A stretch of DNA of 64,000 nucleotides from assembly GCF_009914755.1 (NCBI RefSeq), contig NC_060925.1; one strand, written 5' to 3'. This stretch comes from the human T2T-CHM13v2.0 reference genome, Homo sapiens. The notes beneath the pieces are model-generated. The model was not told the origin of the DNA. It made no database searches and worked only from the letters and a program-made list of their open reading frames with translations. Numbering within the stretch: position 1 is the first letter of the stretch; each line of letters opens with the position of its first letter. Of this stretch, positions 1-17,753 are shown in pieces. The translations under genes were made by a program, and so were the position numbers.

Positions 1-2894
1 GGTCATGTAAGCATTGTATGGGCTTTGCCTACAGAAGGCTTTGTGACATATCTATGCACTGATGATCCAAGTGATGTAACTATTGTCTAGGATGTGCCTA
101 AAGGGCCTGTGTGACATAACTCTGCACTTATCATCCAGGTGATGGGGTTTTTGTCTAGGCTCTGCGTAATGGGGCATTGTGACACCTTTCTGCATTGATC
201 ACCCAGGTGACGGACTCTTGTCTTGGATCTGCCTATGGGGGCATTTTGACATATCTCTACACTGATCACCCAGCTGATGTAACAGTTGTATAAGCTCTGC
301 CTACAGGGGAATTGTGAGAGATCTCGCCACTGATCACCCAAAGGATGTAACAATTGTCTAGTCTTTGCCTACACGGGGCTTTGTGACATACCTTTGCACT
401 GATCACCCAGGTGATGTAACTCATCTAAGTTCTGCCTACAGGAGCTTTGTGACATATCTCTGCACTGATCACTTATGTGATGTAACACTTTTGTAAGCAC
501 TGCCTACAGGGAATTTTGACAACTCTTTGCACTGAACACCTAGGTGATGTAACTCTTGTATACCCTCTGCCCAAAGGGGGTATTGTGAAATATCTCTACA
601 CTGATCACCCAGGTGATTCAACTCTTGTCTAGGATCTGCCTACAGGGGGTATTGTGGAATATCTCTGCACTGATCAACTAGTTGATGTAAGTCTTGTGTA
701 GGCTCTGCCTACAAGGGCATTTTCACATATCCCTGAACTGAAGAAAAAGGTGATGTAACTCTTGCCAAGGCTTTGCCTACAGGGACATTTTGACATATCT
801 CTGCACTGCTAACCCATGTGATGCAACTCTTGTCTATGTTCTGCCTACAGGGGGCATTGTGAAATATCTCTGCACTAATCACCCAGGTGATGTAACTCTT
901 TCCTAGTCTCTGCCTACAGAGGGCGTTGTGACATCACTCTGCATGGATCAACCGTGTTACATAACTCTTGTCTAGGCTCTGCCTATGGGGGCATTGTGAC
1001 TTATCTCTGAACTGATCACTCAGGAGTTGTGACTCTTGCCTAAACTCTGCCTGGAGGGACATTGTGAGATATCTCTGCACTGATCTTCCAGGTGCTGTAA
1101 CATTAGTCTAGGCTCTGGCTACACGGCATCGTGACATATCACTGCACTGATCACCCAGGTGATATAACCTTTGTGTAGGCTCTGCCTACAGGGATCTTGT
1201 GACATATCTCTGCACTGATCACCCAAGTGGCATAACTCTTCTCTAGGATCGGCCTACATGGTGCTTTGTCACATATCCCTGCAATGTTCACCCAGGTGAT
1301 ATACCACTTGTCAGGGCTCTGCCTACAGGGACATTGCGATGTATCTCGGCACTGATCAACTAGGTCACGTAAATATTGTCTAGGCTCTGACTACAGTGGC
1401 ATTGTGACATATCTCAGCACTGATCATCCTAGTGATGTACCTCTTGTCTAGGATCTGCCTAAAGGGACTTTGTGACATAACTCTGCACTTATCATCCAGG
1501 TGATGGGGCTTTTGTCTAGGCTCTGCCTAATGGGGCATTGTGACACATTTCTGCAATGATCACCCAGGTGACGGACTCTTGTCTTGGATCTGCCCATGGG
1601 GGCATTGTGACATATCTCTACACTGATCACCCAGCTGATGTAACAGTTGTATAAGCTCTGCCTACAGGGGAATTGTGAGAGACCTCGCCACTGAGCACCC
1701 AAGGGATGTAACAATTGTCTAGTCTTTGCCTACAGGGAGCTTTGTGACATACCTTTGCACTGATCACCCAGGTGATGTAACTCATCTAAGTTCTGCCTAC
1801 AGGAGCTTTGTGACATATCTCTGCACTGATCACTTATGTGATGTATCACTTTTGTAAGCACTGCCTACAGGGAATTTTGACAACTCTTTGCACTGAACAC
1901 CTAGGTGATGTAACTCTTGTATACCCTCTGCCCAAAGGGGGTATTGTGAAATAGATCTGCAGTGATCACCCAGGTGATTCAACTCTTGTCTAGGATCTGC
2001 CTACAGGGGGTATTGTGGAATATCTCTGCACTGATCAACTAGTTGATGTAACTCTTGTCTAGGCTCTGCCTACAAGGGCATTTTCACATATCCCTGAACT
2101 GAAGAAAAAGGTGATGTAACCCTTGCCAAGGCTTTGCCTACAGGGGACATTTTGACATATCTCTGTACTGCTAACCCATGTGATGCAACTCTTGTGTATG
2201 CTCTGTCTACAGGGGGCATTGTGAAATATCTCTGCACTAATCACCCAGGTGATGTAACTCTTTCCTAGTCTCTGCCTACAGAGGGCTTTGTGACATCACT
2301 CTGCATGGATCACCCATGTTACATAACTCTTGCCTAGGCTCTGCCTATGGGGGCATTGTGACAGATCTCTCCACTGCTCACCCAGGGGATTTAACAGTTT
2401 TCTGGGCTTTGCCTACAGGGGGCTTTGTGATATACATTTCCACTGATCAAACAGGTGATGTAACACTTGTCAGGGTTCTGCTTACAGGAGCTTTGTGACA
2501 TATCTCTGCACTGATCACCCCAGGGAGGAAACAGTTGTCTACACTCTGCCTACAGGAGTCTTTACGACTTATCCCTGCACTGATCTCTAGGAGATTTAAT
2601 ACTTGTTTAGGCTCTGTCTACACGGGAATTTTCACATATCTCTACACTGATCACCTAAGTGATGTTATGCTTGTCTAGGTTCAGCCTACTGGGGATTTCT
2701 GACATACCTATGCACTGATCACCGAGGTGATGTAAATCACTTCCAGGCTTTTTGTACAGGGGCCATTGTGGTATATCTCTGCACTGATAACCCAAATGAT
2801 GCAAATCTTCTCTAGGCTCTGCAGGGAGGGCACATTGTGACTTATTTTTGAACCTATCATCCAGGAGATGCAACTATTCTCCAGGCTTTGACTA
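1..2894 (-). repeat. Beta (68-bp Sau3A) satellite array, reverse orientation
   Basis: Tandem ~68-bp monomers; reverse complement of GATCAGTGCAGAGATATGTCACAATGCCCCTGTAGGCAGAGCCTAGACAAGAGTTACATCACCTGGGT. Confidence 0.97.
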
Positions 2895-5662
<2,768 letters not shown>

Positions 5663-8600
5663 GACACATCTCTGAACTGATCAACAAAGTGATTTAACAC
5701 TTGTCTAGGCTCTGCCTACAGGGGCTTTGTGACATATCTCTGCACTGATTACCCAGGTGATGGGACTTTTGTCTAGGCTCTGCCTATGGGGCATTGTGAC
5801 ATATCTCTACACTGAACCCCCAGGTGATGTAACTCTTGTGTTGGATCTGCCTCTGGGGGCATTGTGACATATCTCTGCACTGATCACCCAGGTGAAGGGA
5901 CTCATATCTAGGCTCTGCGTATGGGGGTTTTGTGACATATTTCTGCACTGATCACCCAGGTGATGGGACTCATATCTAGGCTCTGTGTTTGAGGGCTTTG
6001 TGACATATCTCTGCAGTGACCACCCAGGTGATGAAATGCTTGACTAGGCTCTGCCGACGGGGCATAGTGACATATAACTGCGTTGATCACCGAGGTGGTG
6101 TAACTCTTGTCCAGGCTCTGCCTATAGGGGGCCTTGTGACATATCTCTGCACTGATCTTCTAGGTGATTTAACTCTTGATTACGCTCTGCCTGCAGGGGC
6201 ATTGTGAAATATCTCTGCACTGATCACCCAGGTGATTCAACTCTTGTCTAGGATCTGCCTACAGGGGGTATTGTGAAATATCTCTGCACTGATCAGCTTG
6301 GAGATGTAACTCTTGTCTAGGCTCGCCCTACAGGGGCATTTTCACATATCCCTGAACTGATGACTAAGGTGATGTAACTCTTGCCTAGGCTTTGCCTACA
6401 GGGGACATTGTGACATATCTCTGCACTGATCACCCAGGTGATGCAACTCTTCTCTATGCTCTGCCTACCGGGATCATTGTGACATATCTCTGCACTGATC
6501 ACCCAGGTGATTGGACTCTTCTCAAGGCTCTGCCTACTGGGGGCATTGGCACATATTTCTGCACTGATCACCCAGGTAAAGTTACTCTGGTCTGAGCTCT
6601 GCCTAAAGGGGCATTGTGACAGATCTCTGCACTGATCACTCAGGTGATGTAACTATTGTCCAGGTACTGCTGAAAGGGGCCTTCTCACATATCTCTGCAC
6701 TCATCACCCAGGTGTTGTAACTCTTGTCTAGGCTCTGCTTACAGGGGGTATTGTGACATATCTCTGCACTGATCTCCCATGTGCTCTAAATTTAGTCTAG
6801 GCTCTGGCTACACGGCATCGTGACATATCACTGCACTGATCACCCAGGTGATATAACTCTTGTCTAGGCTCTGCCTACAGTGGCATTGAGACATATCCCT
6901 GCACTGATCACCCAGGTGATGTAACTCTTGTCTACGCTATACCTAAAGGGACATTGTGACATAAATCTTCACTGATCATCCAGGTGATGGGGCTTTTGTC
7001 TAGGCACTGCCTAAGGGTGCATTGTGACAGAACTCTGCACTGATCACTCAGGTGATGTAACTGTTGTATAAGCTCTTCCTACAGGGGAATTGTGAGAGAT
7101 ATTGCCACTGATCACGGAAGTGTTGAAACTATTGTCTAAGCTTTGCCTACAGGGGGCTTTGGGACATAACTTTGCACTGATCACCTAGGTGACGTAGCTC
7201 ACCTAAGTTCTGAATACAGGAGCTTTGTGACATATCTCTTCACTGATCACTTAGGTGATGTAACACTTTTATAAGCACTGCCTACAGGGAATTTTGACAA
7301 ATCTCTGCACTGACCACCTAGGTGTATGTAACTGTTGTCTACCCTCTGCCCAAAGGGGGCATTGTAAAATATCTCTGCACTGATCACCCAAGGTGATTCA
7401 ACTCTTGTCTAGGATCTGCCTACAGGGGGTATTGTGAAATAACTGTGCACTGATTAACTAGGTGATGTAAGTCTTCTCTAGGCTCTGCCTACAGGGGCGT
7501 TTTCACATATCCCTGAACTGACGACAAAGGTGATGTAACTCTTGCCTAGGCTTTGACTACAGGGGACATTGTGATATATCACTGCACTCATCACCCAGTT
7601 GATGCAACTCTTGACTAGGCTTTGCTACAGAGGACATTGTGATATATCTCTGCACTGATTACCCTGGTGATGCAACTCTTCTCTATGCTCTGCCTACAGG
7701 GGGCATTGTGACATATCTCTGCACTGATCACCCAGGTGATATAACTCTTTTCTAGTCTCTGCCTGCAGAGAGCGTTGTGACATCACTCTGCACGGATCAC
7801 CCGGGTTATGTAACTCTTGTCTAGGGTCTGCCTATGGGGGCTTTGTGACTTATCTCTGCACTGATCACCCAGGAGATGTGACTCTTATCTAAGCTCTACC
7901 TAGAGGGACATTGGGACATATCTCTGCACTGATCGCTGAGGTGATACAACACTTGTGTAGGCTTTGCCTACAGTGGGATTTACGACATATCTCTGCACTG
8001 ATCACCCAGGTGATGTAACTGTTGTCTAGCCTCTGTCTACAGGAGCATTTTAACATATCACTGCGCGGATCACTGAGATGATATGACACTTATATAGGCT
8101 TCGCCGACAGGTGGCATTGAGACATACCTCTGCACTGATCACTGAGGTGATGCAACACTTGTCTGGGATTTGCTTACAGGGGCACTGTGACATATCCCTG
8201 CCCTGATCACCCAGGTGATGTAACTCTTGTCTAGGCTCTGCCTACTGGAGACATTGTGACATATCTCTGCACTGATCACCCAGGTGATGTCACTTTTGTC
8301 AAGGATATGGCTGCAGGGACATTGTGACATGTCACTGCACTGATCACACAGCTGATGTAACCCTTGTCTAGGCTCTGGCTACAGGCGGCTTGTGACACAA
8401 CTCTGCACTGATCACCCAGGTGATGTTACGCTTATCTAAGCTCTGCCAAAAGGGGACATTGTGACATAACTCTGCAATGATCACCCAGGTGATGGGACAC
8501 TTGTCTAGGCTCTGCCTACAGGGGCTTTCTGATATATCTATGCAGTGATCACTCAGGTGATGTAACGCTTGTCTATATCTGCCTACTGGCGGCATTGTGG

Positions 8601-10427
8601 CATATTTCTGCACTGATCACCCATGTGATGGACTCTTGTCTTGGATCTGCCTATGGGGGCATAGTGACATATCTCTGCACTGATCACTCATGTGATGTAA
8701 CGTTTTTCTAACCTGTGCCTAAAGGGGAGTTGTGAGAGATATCCCCACTGATCGCCCAGGTGATGTAACAATTTTCAGGGATTTGTCTACAGGGGGTTTT
8801 GTGACATATCTTTGCACTGATCACCTAGGAGATGTAACTCTTTTCTAGGCTCGGCCTACAGGGGCTTTGTGACATATTTCTGCACTGACCACCCAGGTGT
8901 TGTAACACTTGTCTAGGCTCTTGCTACAGGGGCTTTGTGACATATCTCTGCACTTATCACCCAGGTGATGTAACTGTTGTCTAGGCTCCACCTACAGGAG
9001 GTATTGTGACTTATCTCTGCACTGATCACCCAGGTGATGTAACATTTATCTAGGCTCTGCCTACTGGGGAGTTTTGACATAGCTCTGCACAGATCACCTA
9101 GGTTATGAAACACTTGTCCATTCTCTGCCTACAGGGGGCATTGTGAAATATCTCTGCACTGATCACCCAGGTGATGGGACTCTTCTCGATACTCTGCCTA
9201 GAGGGGGATTTGTGACATATCTCTGCACTGATCACCCAGGTGATGGAAGTCTTGTCTAGGCTCTGTCTATGGGGGCATTGTGTCAAATATCTGCACTGAT
9301 CACCCAGGTGATATAACTCTTGTCTAGGCTCTGTCTACAGAGATATTTGTGACATATCACTGCAGAGATCACCTAGGTAATGTAGGCCTTGTATGGGCTC
9401 TGCCTACAGAAGGCTTTGTGACATATCTATGAACTGATCTCTGAGGTGATGCAACTCTTGTCTAGGCACTGCCTACAGGGTACATTGGTACATATCTCTG
9501 CACTGATCATCCAGGGGATGGACACTTGTCTTAGATCTGCCTATATGGACATTGTGACACATATCTGAACTGATCAACCAAGTGATGAAACTCTTGTCTA
9601 GGCTCTGCCTACATGGGCTTTGTGACACATCTCTGCACTGATCACCCTGGGGAGGGAACTCTTGTCTACGCTCTGCCTACAGGAGGCTTTATGACTTATT
9701 CCTGAGCTGATAACCTAAGTGATATAACACTTGTCTAGACTCTGCCTACACGGAAATTTTCACATATCTATGCACTGATCACCTAGGCGATGTAACTCCT
9801 GTCTAGGTTCATCCTACAGTAGCGTTTTGACATATCTCTGCAGTGATCACCCAGGTGATGTAACCCTGGTCTAAGCTCTGCCTAGTGGGGCATTGTGACA
9901 GATCTCTGCACTGCTCACTCAGGTGATGTAACAATTGTCTGTGCTTTGCCTACAGGGGGCTTTGTGATATACATTTCCACTGATCAAACAGGTGATGTAA
10001 CCCTTGTCAAGGTTCTGCTTACAGGGGATTTGTGACATATTTATGCACTGATCACCCCAGGGAGGAAACACTTGTCTACACTCTGCCTACTGGAGGGTTT
10101 ACAACTTATCCCTGCACTGATCACTACGTGATGTAACACTTGTCTAGGATCTGTCTGCACGGGAATTTTCACATATATCTACACTGATCACCTAAGTGGT
10201 GTAACCCTTGCCTAGGTTCAGCCTACTGGGTATTTCTGACATACCTATGCACTGATCACCGAGGTGATGTAAATCATTTCCAGGCTATTTGTACAGGGGA
10301 CATTGTGACATATCTCTGCACTGATCACCCAAATGATGCAAATCTTCTCTAGGCTCCACAGGGAGGGGCATTGTGATATATTTCTGAACTGATCATCCAG
10401 GAGATGTAACTATTCTCCAGGTTCTAA
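5663..10427 (-). repeat. Beta satellite array, reverse orientation
   Basis: Continuous 68-bp monomers. Confidence 0.97.
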
Positions 10428-10748
10428 CTAAAGAGTGTCAGAAGGTGTTGCGAGAGCCTCAGCCGGAATTTCACGGATGGACATTGGCACAGAGAGGCCA
10501 GCTGGCTCCCTTGCATGTCAGCCGAGGTGCACAATGAATGCAAGTCTAGCCAGGAGGCCGGCAAAGAGAGCTAGAGGTCTGCATTCCGCCGCCAGGAGCT
10601 CCATGGTGGCAGCTGGGAGGCTGCAGGGGCACGGGCATGCCGGCGACGGTGGCGCGGAGGTGCAGAGGAGGCAAGCCGCCGGAGGTGTGTCAGGCCTGGA
10701 CGCTGGGTGGGCCTGGTGTTTCCCGGAACAGTGGTCTCCACCCAGCCC
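10428..10748 (-). repeat. Orphan distal (pLAM-like) end of a minus-strand DUX cassette
   Basis: Colinear with 2895-3212 and 57172-57490; stops abruptly at ..tctccacccagccc. Confidence 0.9.
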
Positions 10749-12300
10749 GGAGACCAGGAGTGATATCTGGTTTCAGAATCGAAGGACCAGGCACCCGGGA
10801 GAGGCGGGCATGGTGCCCACGAAGGCAGGCGGCCTGGGCTACGCGGCCAGCAGTGGGCGTTACCCTGCTCCCTCGTGGGTCCCCTTCGTCCACACCGGCG
10901 CATTGGGGAATGGGGCTTCCCGCACTCCACGTGCCCTTCGCGCCTGGGGCTCGCCCTCAGGGGGTTTTGTGAGCCAGAGAGCAAGGGCCGTCCCCGTGCT
11001 CCAGCCCAGCCAGGCCGCGCCAGAAGAGGGGATATCCCAACGTACCCTGGCAAGCGGGGATTTTGCCTACGCCGCCCCGGCTCCTCCGGAAGGGGCGCTC
11101 TCCGACCCTCAGGCTCCTCGGTGGCCTCCGCACCTGGGCAAAAGCCGGGAGGACCGGAATCCGCAGCGCGACAGCTTTCCAGGCCCTTGTGCGGTGGGAC
11201 AACCTGGGCCCGCTCAGGCGGGTCCACAGGGCCAAGGTGTGTTTGCACCACTCGAGTCCCAGGGGAGTCCATTGTCGGGCTGCGGCCGGTATCCCCAGGT
11301 CGCTGTGGCAGCGTGGGAACCCCAAGCTGGGCAGCCCCACCTCGCCAGCCCGTGCCCGAGAGGCCTCCGCCCGGCAGGGGCAGATGCTAGGCATCCCAGC
11401 GCCCTCCCAGGCGCTCCAGGAGCTGGGAGGCTCGTCTGCACTCCCATCCGGCCTGCTGCTGGATGAGCTCCTGGAGAGCCCGGAGTTTCTGCGGCAGGCA
11501 CAATCTTTCCTAGAAATGGAGGCCCCAGGGGACCTGGAGGCCTTGGAAGAGGCAGCCTCGCTGGAAGACCCCCTTAGCAAGGAACAATACTGGGCTCTGC
11601 TGGAGGAGCTTTAGGACGTGGGGTTGGGACAGGGTCGGGTTGGGGCAGGGCGGTGGCCTCTCTTTTGAGGGGAACATCTGGCTGGCTATGGAGGGGCGTG
11701 TCTTCCCCCCGCCCTCTCCACTGGGCTGACCAGCCAGGGATTCCTGCCTTCTAGGTCTAGGCCTGGTGAGAAACTCTACACAGCATAGAACTGCCATTCT
11801 TTCCTGGGCATCCCGGGGATCCCAGTGCCGGCCCAGGTACCAGCAGGTGGGCTGCCAACTGTGCACGTGCGGGTTTGTGGGCAGCCCGGGCAGAGCTCTC
11901 ATGCCTTTCCACCATCCCACCCCCGCCTGACCACCCCTCCCCACCCCCACACCCCACCCTCCGAAATTGCGTCCTCCCCTGGCCTGGGTTGAGACCCCCA
12001 TCCCACGAAACAACGGGCAAGCACAGCGTCCTTTCCTGACATCGCTTCAGTGGCCTGAGTCCTCTGCGCCTACGCGCCACTGTAGCCCGCCTGCGCGTTT
12101 CCCTGCAGCCTCCCAGCTACCACCATGGAGCGCCTGGCAGTGGAATGCAGACCTCTAGCTCTCTTAGCTGGCCTCCTGGCTAGACCTGCACTCATTGCGC
12201 ACCCCGGCTGATGTGCAAGTGAGCCCGCTGGCCTCTCTCTGCCCTTGTCCGACCATGAAATTCTGGCTGAGGTTCTCCCAACACCTTCCGACGCTCTTTA
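10746..12300 (+). pseudogene. DUX4L: DUX4-like cassette 2, 5'-truncated (starts in HD2 helix 3)
   Basis: IWFQNRR at ~10765. Frameshifted body. C-terminus [17 protein letters not shown] ends at 11614. KpnI site at 11836. pLAM-like end follows. Confidence 0.92.
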
Positions 12301-15300
12301 GTAAAAGCCTAGAGAACAGTTACGCCTCCTGGATGATCAGTTCAGAAACATGTCACAATGCCCCCTCCTTGCGGAGCATAGAGAAGATTTGCATCATTTG
12401 GGTGATCAGTGCAGAGACATATCACAATGTCCCCTGTACAAAAAGCCTGGAAATGATTTACATCACTTTGGTAATCAGTGCATAGGTATGTCAGAAATCT
12501 CCAGTAGGCTGAACCTAGACAAGGGATACATCACTTAGGTGATCAGTGTAGAGATATGTGAAAATTCCTGTGTAGACAGAGCCTAGACAAGTGTTACATC
12601 ACCTAGAGATCAGTGCAGGGATGAGCCACAAAGCCTCCTGTAAGCAGAGTGTAGACAAGTGTTTCCTCCCTGAGGTGATCAGTGCAGTGATATGTCCCAA
12701 AGCCCCTGTAAGCAGAACCTTGACAAGTGTTAGATCACCTGTTTGATCAGTGGAAATGAATATCAAAAAGCCCCGTGTAGGCAAAGCCCAGAAAATTGTT
12801 ACATCACGTGGGTGAGCAGTGGAGAGATCTGTCACAATGCCCCTGTAGGCAGAGCTTAGACAAGGGTTACATCACCTGGGTGATCAGTGCAGAGATATGT
12901 CAAAACGCTCATATAGGCTGAACCTAGACAGGAGTTACATCACCCGGGTGATCAGTGCAGAGATATGTGAGAATCCCCGTGTAGGCAGAGCCCAGACAAG
13001 TGTTACATCACCTAGGTTATCCGTGCAGGTATAAGTCATAAAGTCTCCTATAGGCAGAGCATAGACAAGAGTTCCCTCCCCAGGGTGATCAGTGCGGAGA
13101 TGTGTCACAAAGCTGCTGTAGCCAGAGCCTAGACAAGAGTTTCATCACTTGGTTGATCAGTTCAGAGATGTGTCACAATATCCTTGTAGGCAGATCTAAG
13201 ACAAGAGTCCATCACCTGGGTGATCACTGCAGAGATATGTCAAAACGCTCCTGTAGGTTGAACCTAGACAGGAGTTCCAACACCTTTGTCATCACTTCAG
13301 GGATACGTGAAAACGACCCTGTAGGCAGAGCCTAGACAAGTGTTACACCTCCTAGTTGATCAGTGCAGTGATATTTCACAATATCCCCTGTAGCCAGATT
13401 CTAGACAAGAGTTGAATCACCTGGGTGATCAGTGCAGAGATATGTCACAATGCTACTGTAGGCAGAGCCTACACAAGAGCTACATGACCTAGGTGATCAG
13501 TGCAGAGATATATCCCAATGTCCCTGTAGGCAGAGCCCTGACAAGTGGTACATCACCTGGGTGATCATTGCAGAGGTATGTCACAAAGCACCCTGTAGGC
13601 AGATCCTAGAAAAGAGTTACATAACCTAGGTGATCAGTGCAGAGATTTGTCAAAATTCCCTGTAGGCAGTGCTTATAAGTGTTACATCACCTCCGTGATC
13701 AGTGCAGGGATATGTCTCAAAGGTCCTGTAGGCAGAACTTAGATGAGTTACATCACGTGGGAGATCAGTGCAAAGGTATGTCACAAAGTCCCCTGTAGGC
13801 AAAGCCTAGACAATGGTTACATCACTTGGCTGATCAGTGGCGAGATCTCTTACAATTCCCCTGTAGGCAGAGCTTATACAATAGTTACCTCACCTGGGTT
13901 ATCAGTGCAGAGATATGTCACAATGACCCCATAGGCAGATCCAAGACAAGAGTGGGTCACCTGGGTGATCAGTGCAGAAATATGTCACAATGCCCCCTTA
14001 GGCAGAGCCTAGACAAAAGCCCCATCACCTGGATGATCAGGGCAGAGTTATGTCACAAACTGCCTTCAGGTAGATCCTAGACAAGAGTTACATCACTTGG
14101 ATGATCAGTGCAGAGATATGTCACAATGCCATTGTAGGGAGAGCCTAGAAAAGAGTTACATGACCTAGGTGATCAGTGCAGAGATACATCACAATGTTCC
14201 TGTAGGCAGGGCCTTCACAACTGGTACATCATCTGCGTGGTCATTGCAGGGTTATGTCACAAAGCAACCTGTAGGCAGATCCTAGAAAACAGTTACATCA
14301 CCTGGGTGATCAGTGTAGAGATATGTCACAATGCCACCGTAGGCAGAGCCTAGACAAGAGTTACATGACCTAGGTTATAAGTGCAGAGATACATCACAAT
14401 GTCCCTGTAGGCAGAGCCTTAAAAAGTGGTATATCACCATAGTGATCATTGCAGGGATATGTCACAAGCCCCCTGTAGGCAGAGCGTAGACAAGGGTTAT
14501 ATCACATGGGTGACCACTGCAGTGATATGTCACAAAGCCGTGTAGCCAGAGCCTAGACTAAAGTTACAGCACTTGGGAGATCATTGCAGAGACATGTCAC
14601 AATGTCACCAATAGGCAGAGACCAGGCAGGACTTGGATCACCTCGGGATCAGTGAAGAGATATATATCAATCCCCCTGAGGACACAGCCTAGACAAGTGT
14701 TACATCACCTCGGTTAACAGTGCAGAGCTATGTCAAAATGCCCCTGTAGGCAGAGCCTACAAAAGTGTTAGAGCACTAAGGTGATCAGTGCAGAGATATG
14801 TCAAAATACCCCCTGTAAGCAGAGCCTAGAAAAGAGTCCCATCACCTGCGTGATCAGTGCAGAGATATTTCACAATGCCCCCTGTAGGCAGAGAGTGGAC
14901 AAGTGTTTCATAACCTAGGTGATCTGTGCAGAGCTATGTCAAAACGTCCCAGTAGGCAGAGCCTAGATAAATGTTACATCACCTGGGAGATTAGTGCAGA
15001 GATATGTGACAAGGCCCCTTTAAGCAGAGACTAGACAATAGTTACATCACCTGAGTGATCAGTGCAGAGATCTGACACAATGCCCCTTTAGGCAGAGCTT
15101 AGACCAGGTTTACATCACCTGGGTGATCAGTGCAGAGATATGTCACGATGCCCCCATAGGCAAATCCAGGACAAGAGTCCGTCACCTGGGTGATCATTGC
15201 AGAAGTATGTGAAAATGACCCCAGTTGGCAAAGCCTAGAGAAGAGTCCCATCACCTGGGTGATCAGTGCAGAGATATTTCACAATTCCCTGCAGGCAGAG

Positions 15301-15687
15301 CGTAAGAAAGAGTTACATCACCTAGGTGATCAGTGCAGAGATATGTCACAAAGTCTCCTATAGGCAGAGCCTGGACAAGAGTTACATCACCTCAGTGATC
15401 AATGCGGTAATATGTCACTGTTCCCCGTAGGCAGAGCCTAGTCAAGCGTCACATTGCCTGGGTGATCAGTGCAGAAATATGTCCCAATGCCTCCATAGGC
15501 AGATCCAACACAAGGGTTACATCACCTGGGTGATCAGTGTAGAGATATGTCACAATACCCCCATAGGCAGAGCCTAGACAAAAGTCCCATCACCTGGGTG
15601 ATCAGTGCAGAGATATGTCAAAAAGCCCCTGTAGGAAGAGCCTAGACAAGATATACATCACTTTGTTGATTAGTTCAGAGATGTGTC
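12301..15687 (+). repeat. Beta satellite array, forward orientation
   Basis: 68-bp monomers gatcagtgcagagatatgtcacaatgcccctgtaggcagagcctagacaagagttacatcacctgggt. Confidence 0.97.
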
Positions 15688-16272
15688 ATGCTGACTGTTT
15701 GCTCCCGGAGCTCCACGGGCACCCGGAAAGATGCAGGGAAGGTTGGAAGATCGGCATGGTGCCTTCGCTCTCCTTGCCAGTTTCCAAACCGGCCACACTG
15801 CAGACTCCCCATGTGTTCGCACACGGGAATCCATCGTCACGCCATCACGCCGAGGAGGCATCTTCTCTCTGGGGTCTCGCTCTGGTCTCCTACGTGGAAA
15901 TGAATGACAGCCACACGCCTGCATGTGTGAGACTGTGCAAGCAATGGCGACACCCACAGGCACTGCCTCCTTCACAGAGAGATGGCCTGGAACACTCCAG
16001 ACTCCCACGGAGGTTCAGTTCCACACTCCCCTCCACCCTCCCAGGCGGGTTTCTCCACGCTGAGGATGCGTGGGAGCCCAGAGAGCGGCTTCCAGTTCCC
16101 GCAGAATTCCTGGAGAGGTCCGGATAGCCAGACCCCGAAAAGTGCCCCCCTCACCCCTTCCCCCTCTCCCCCTTCATCATCGTGTCTCTGGTCCCACCAC
16201 CGCCATCACCACGCCCTCCCCACCCACCCCACCACCACCCGGCTGCAGAACTCGACGCCCTGGGACCCTTCC

Positions 16273-16718
<446 letters not shown>

Positions 16719-16721
16719 TAG

Positions 16722-17621
<900 letters not shown>

Positions 17622-17753
17622 TAGTTTCTACAGCAGGGGCAACCTTCCCTAGAAATGGAGGCCCCAGGGTAGCTGGAGTCCTTGGAAGAGGCCACCTCGC
17701 TGGAAGCCCCCCTCATCGAGGAAGAATACCGGGCTCTGCTGGAGGAATTTTAG

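Noticed and set aside
10435-11466. 343-aa chimeric ORF across junction J1
   Set aside because: GTG start; joins antisense pLAM to a partial HD2; no promoter; a by-product of the rearrangement
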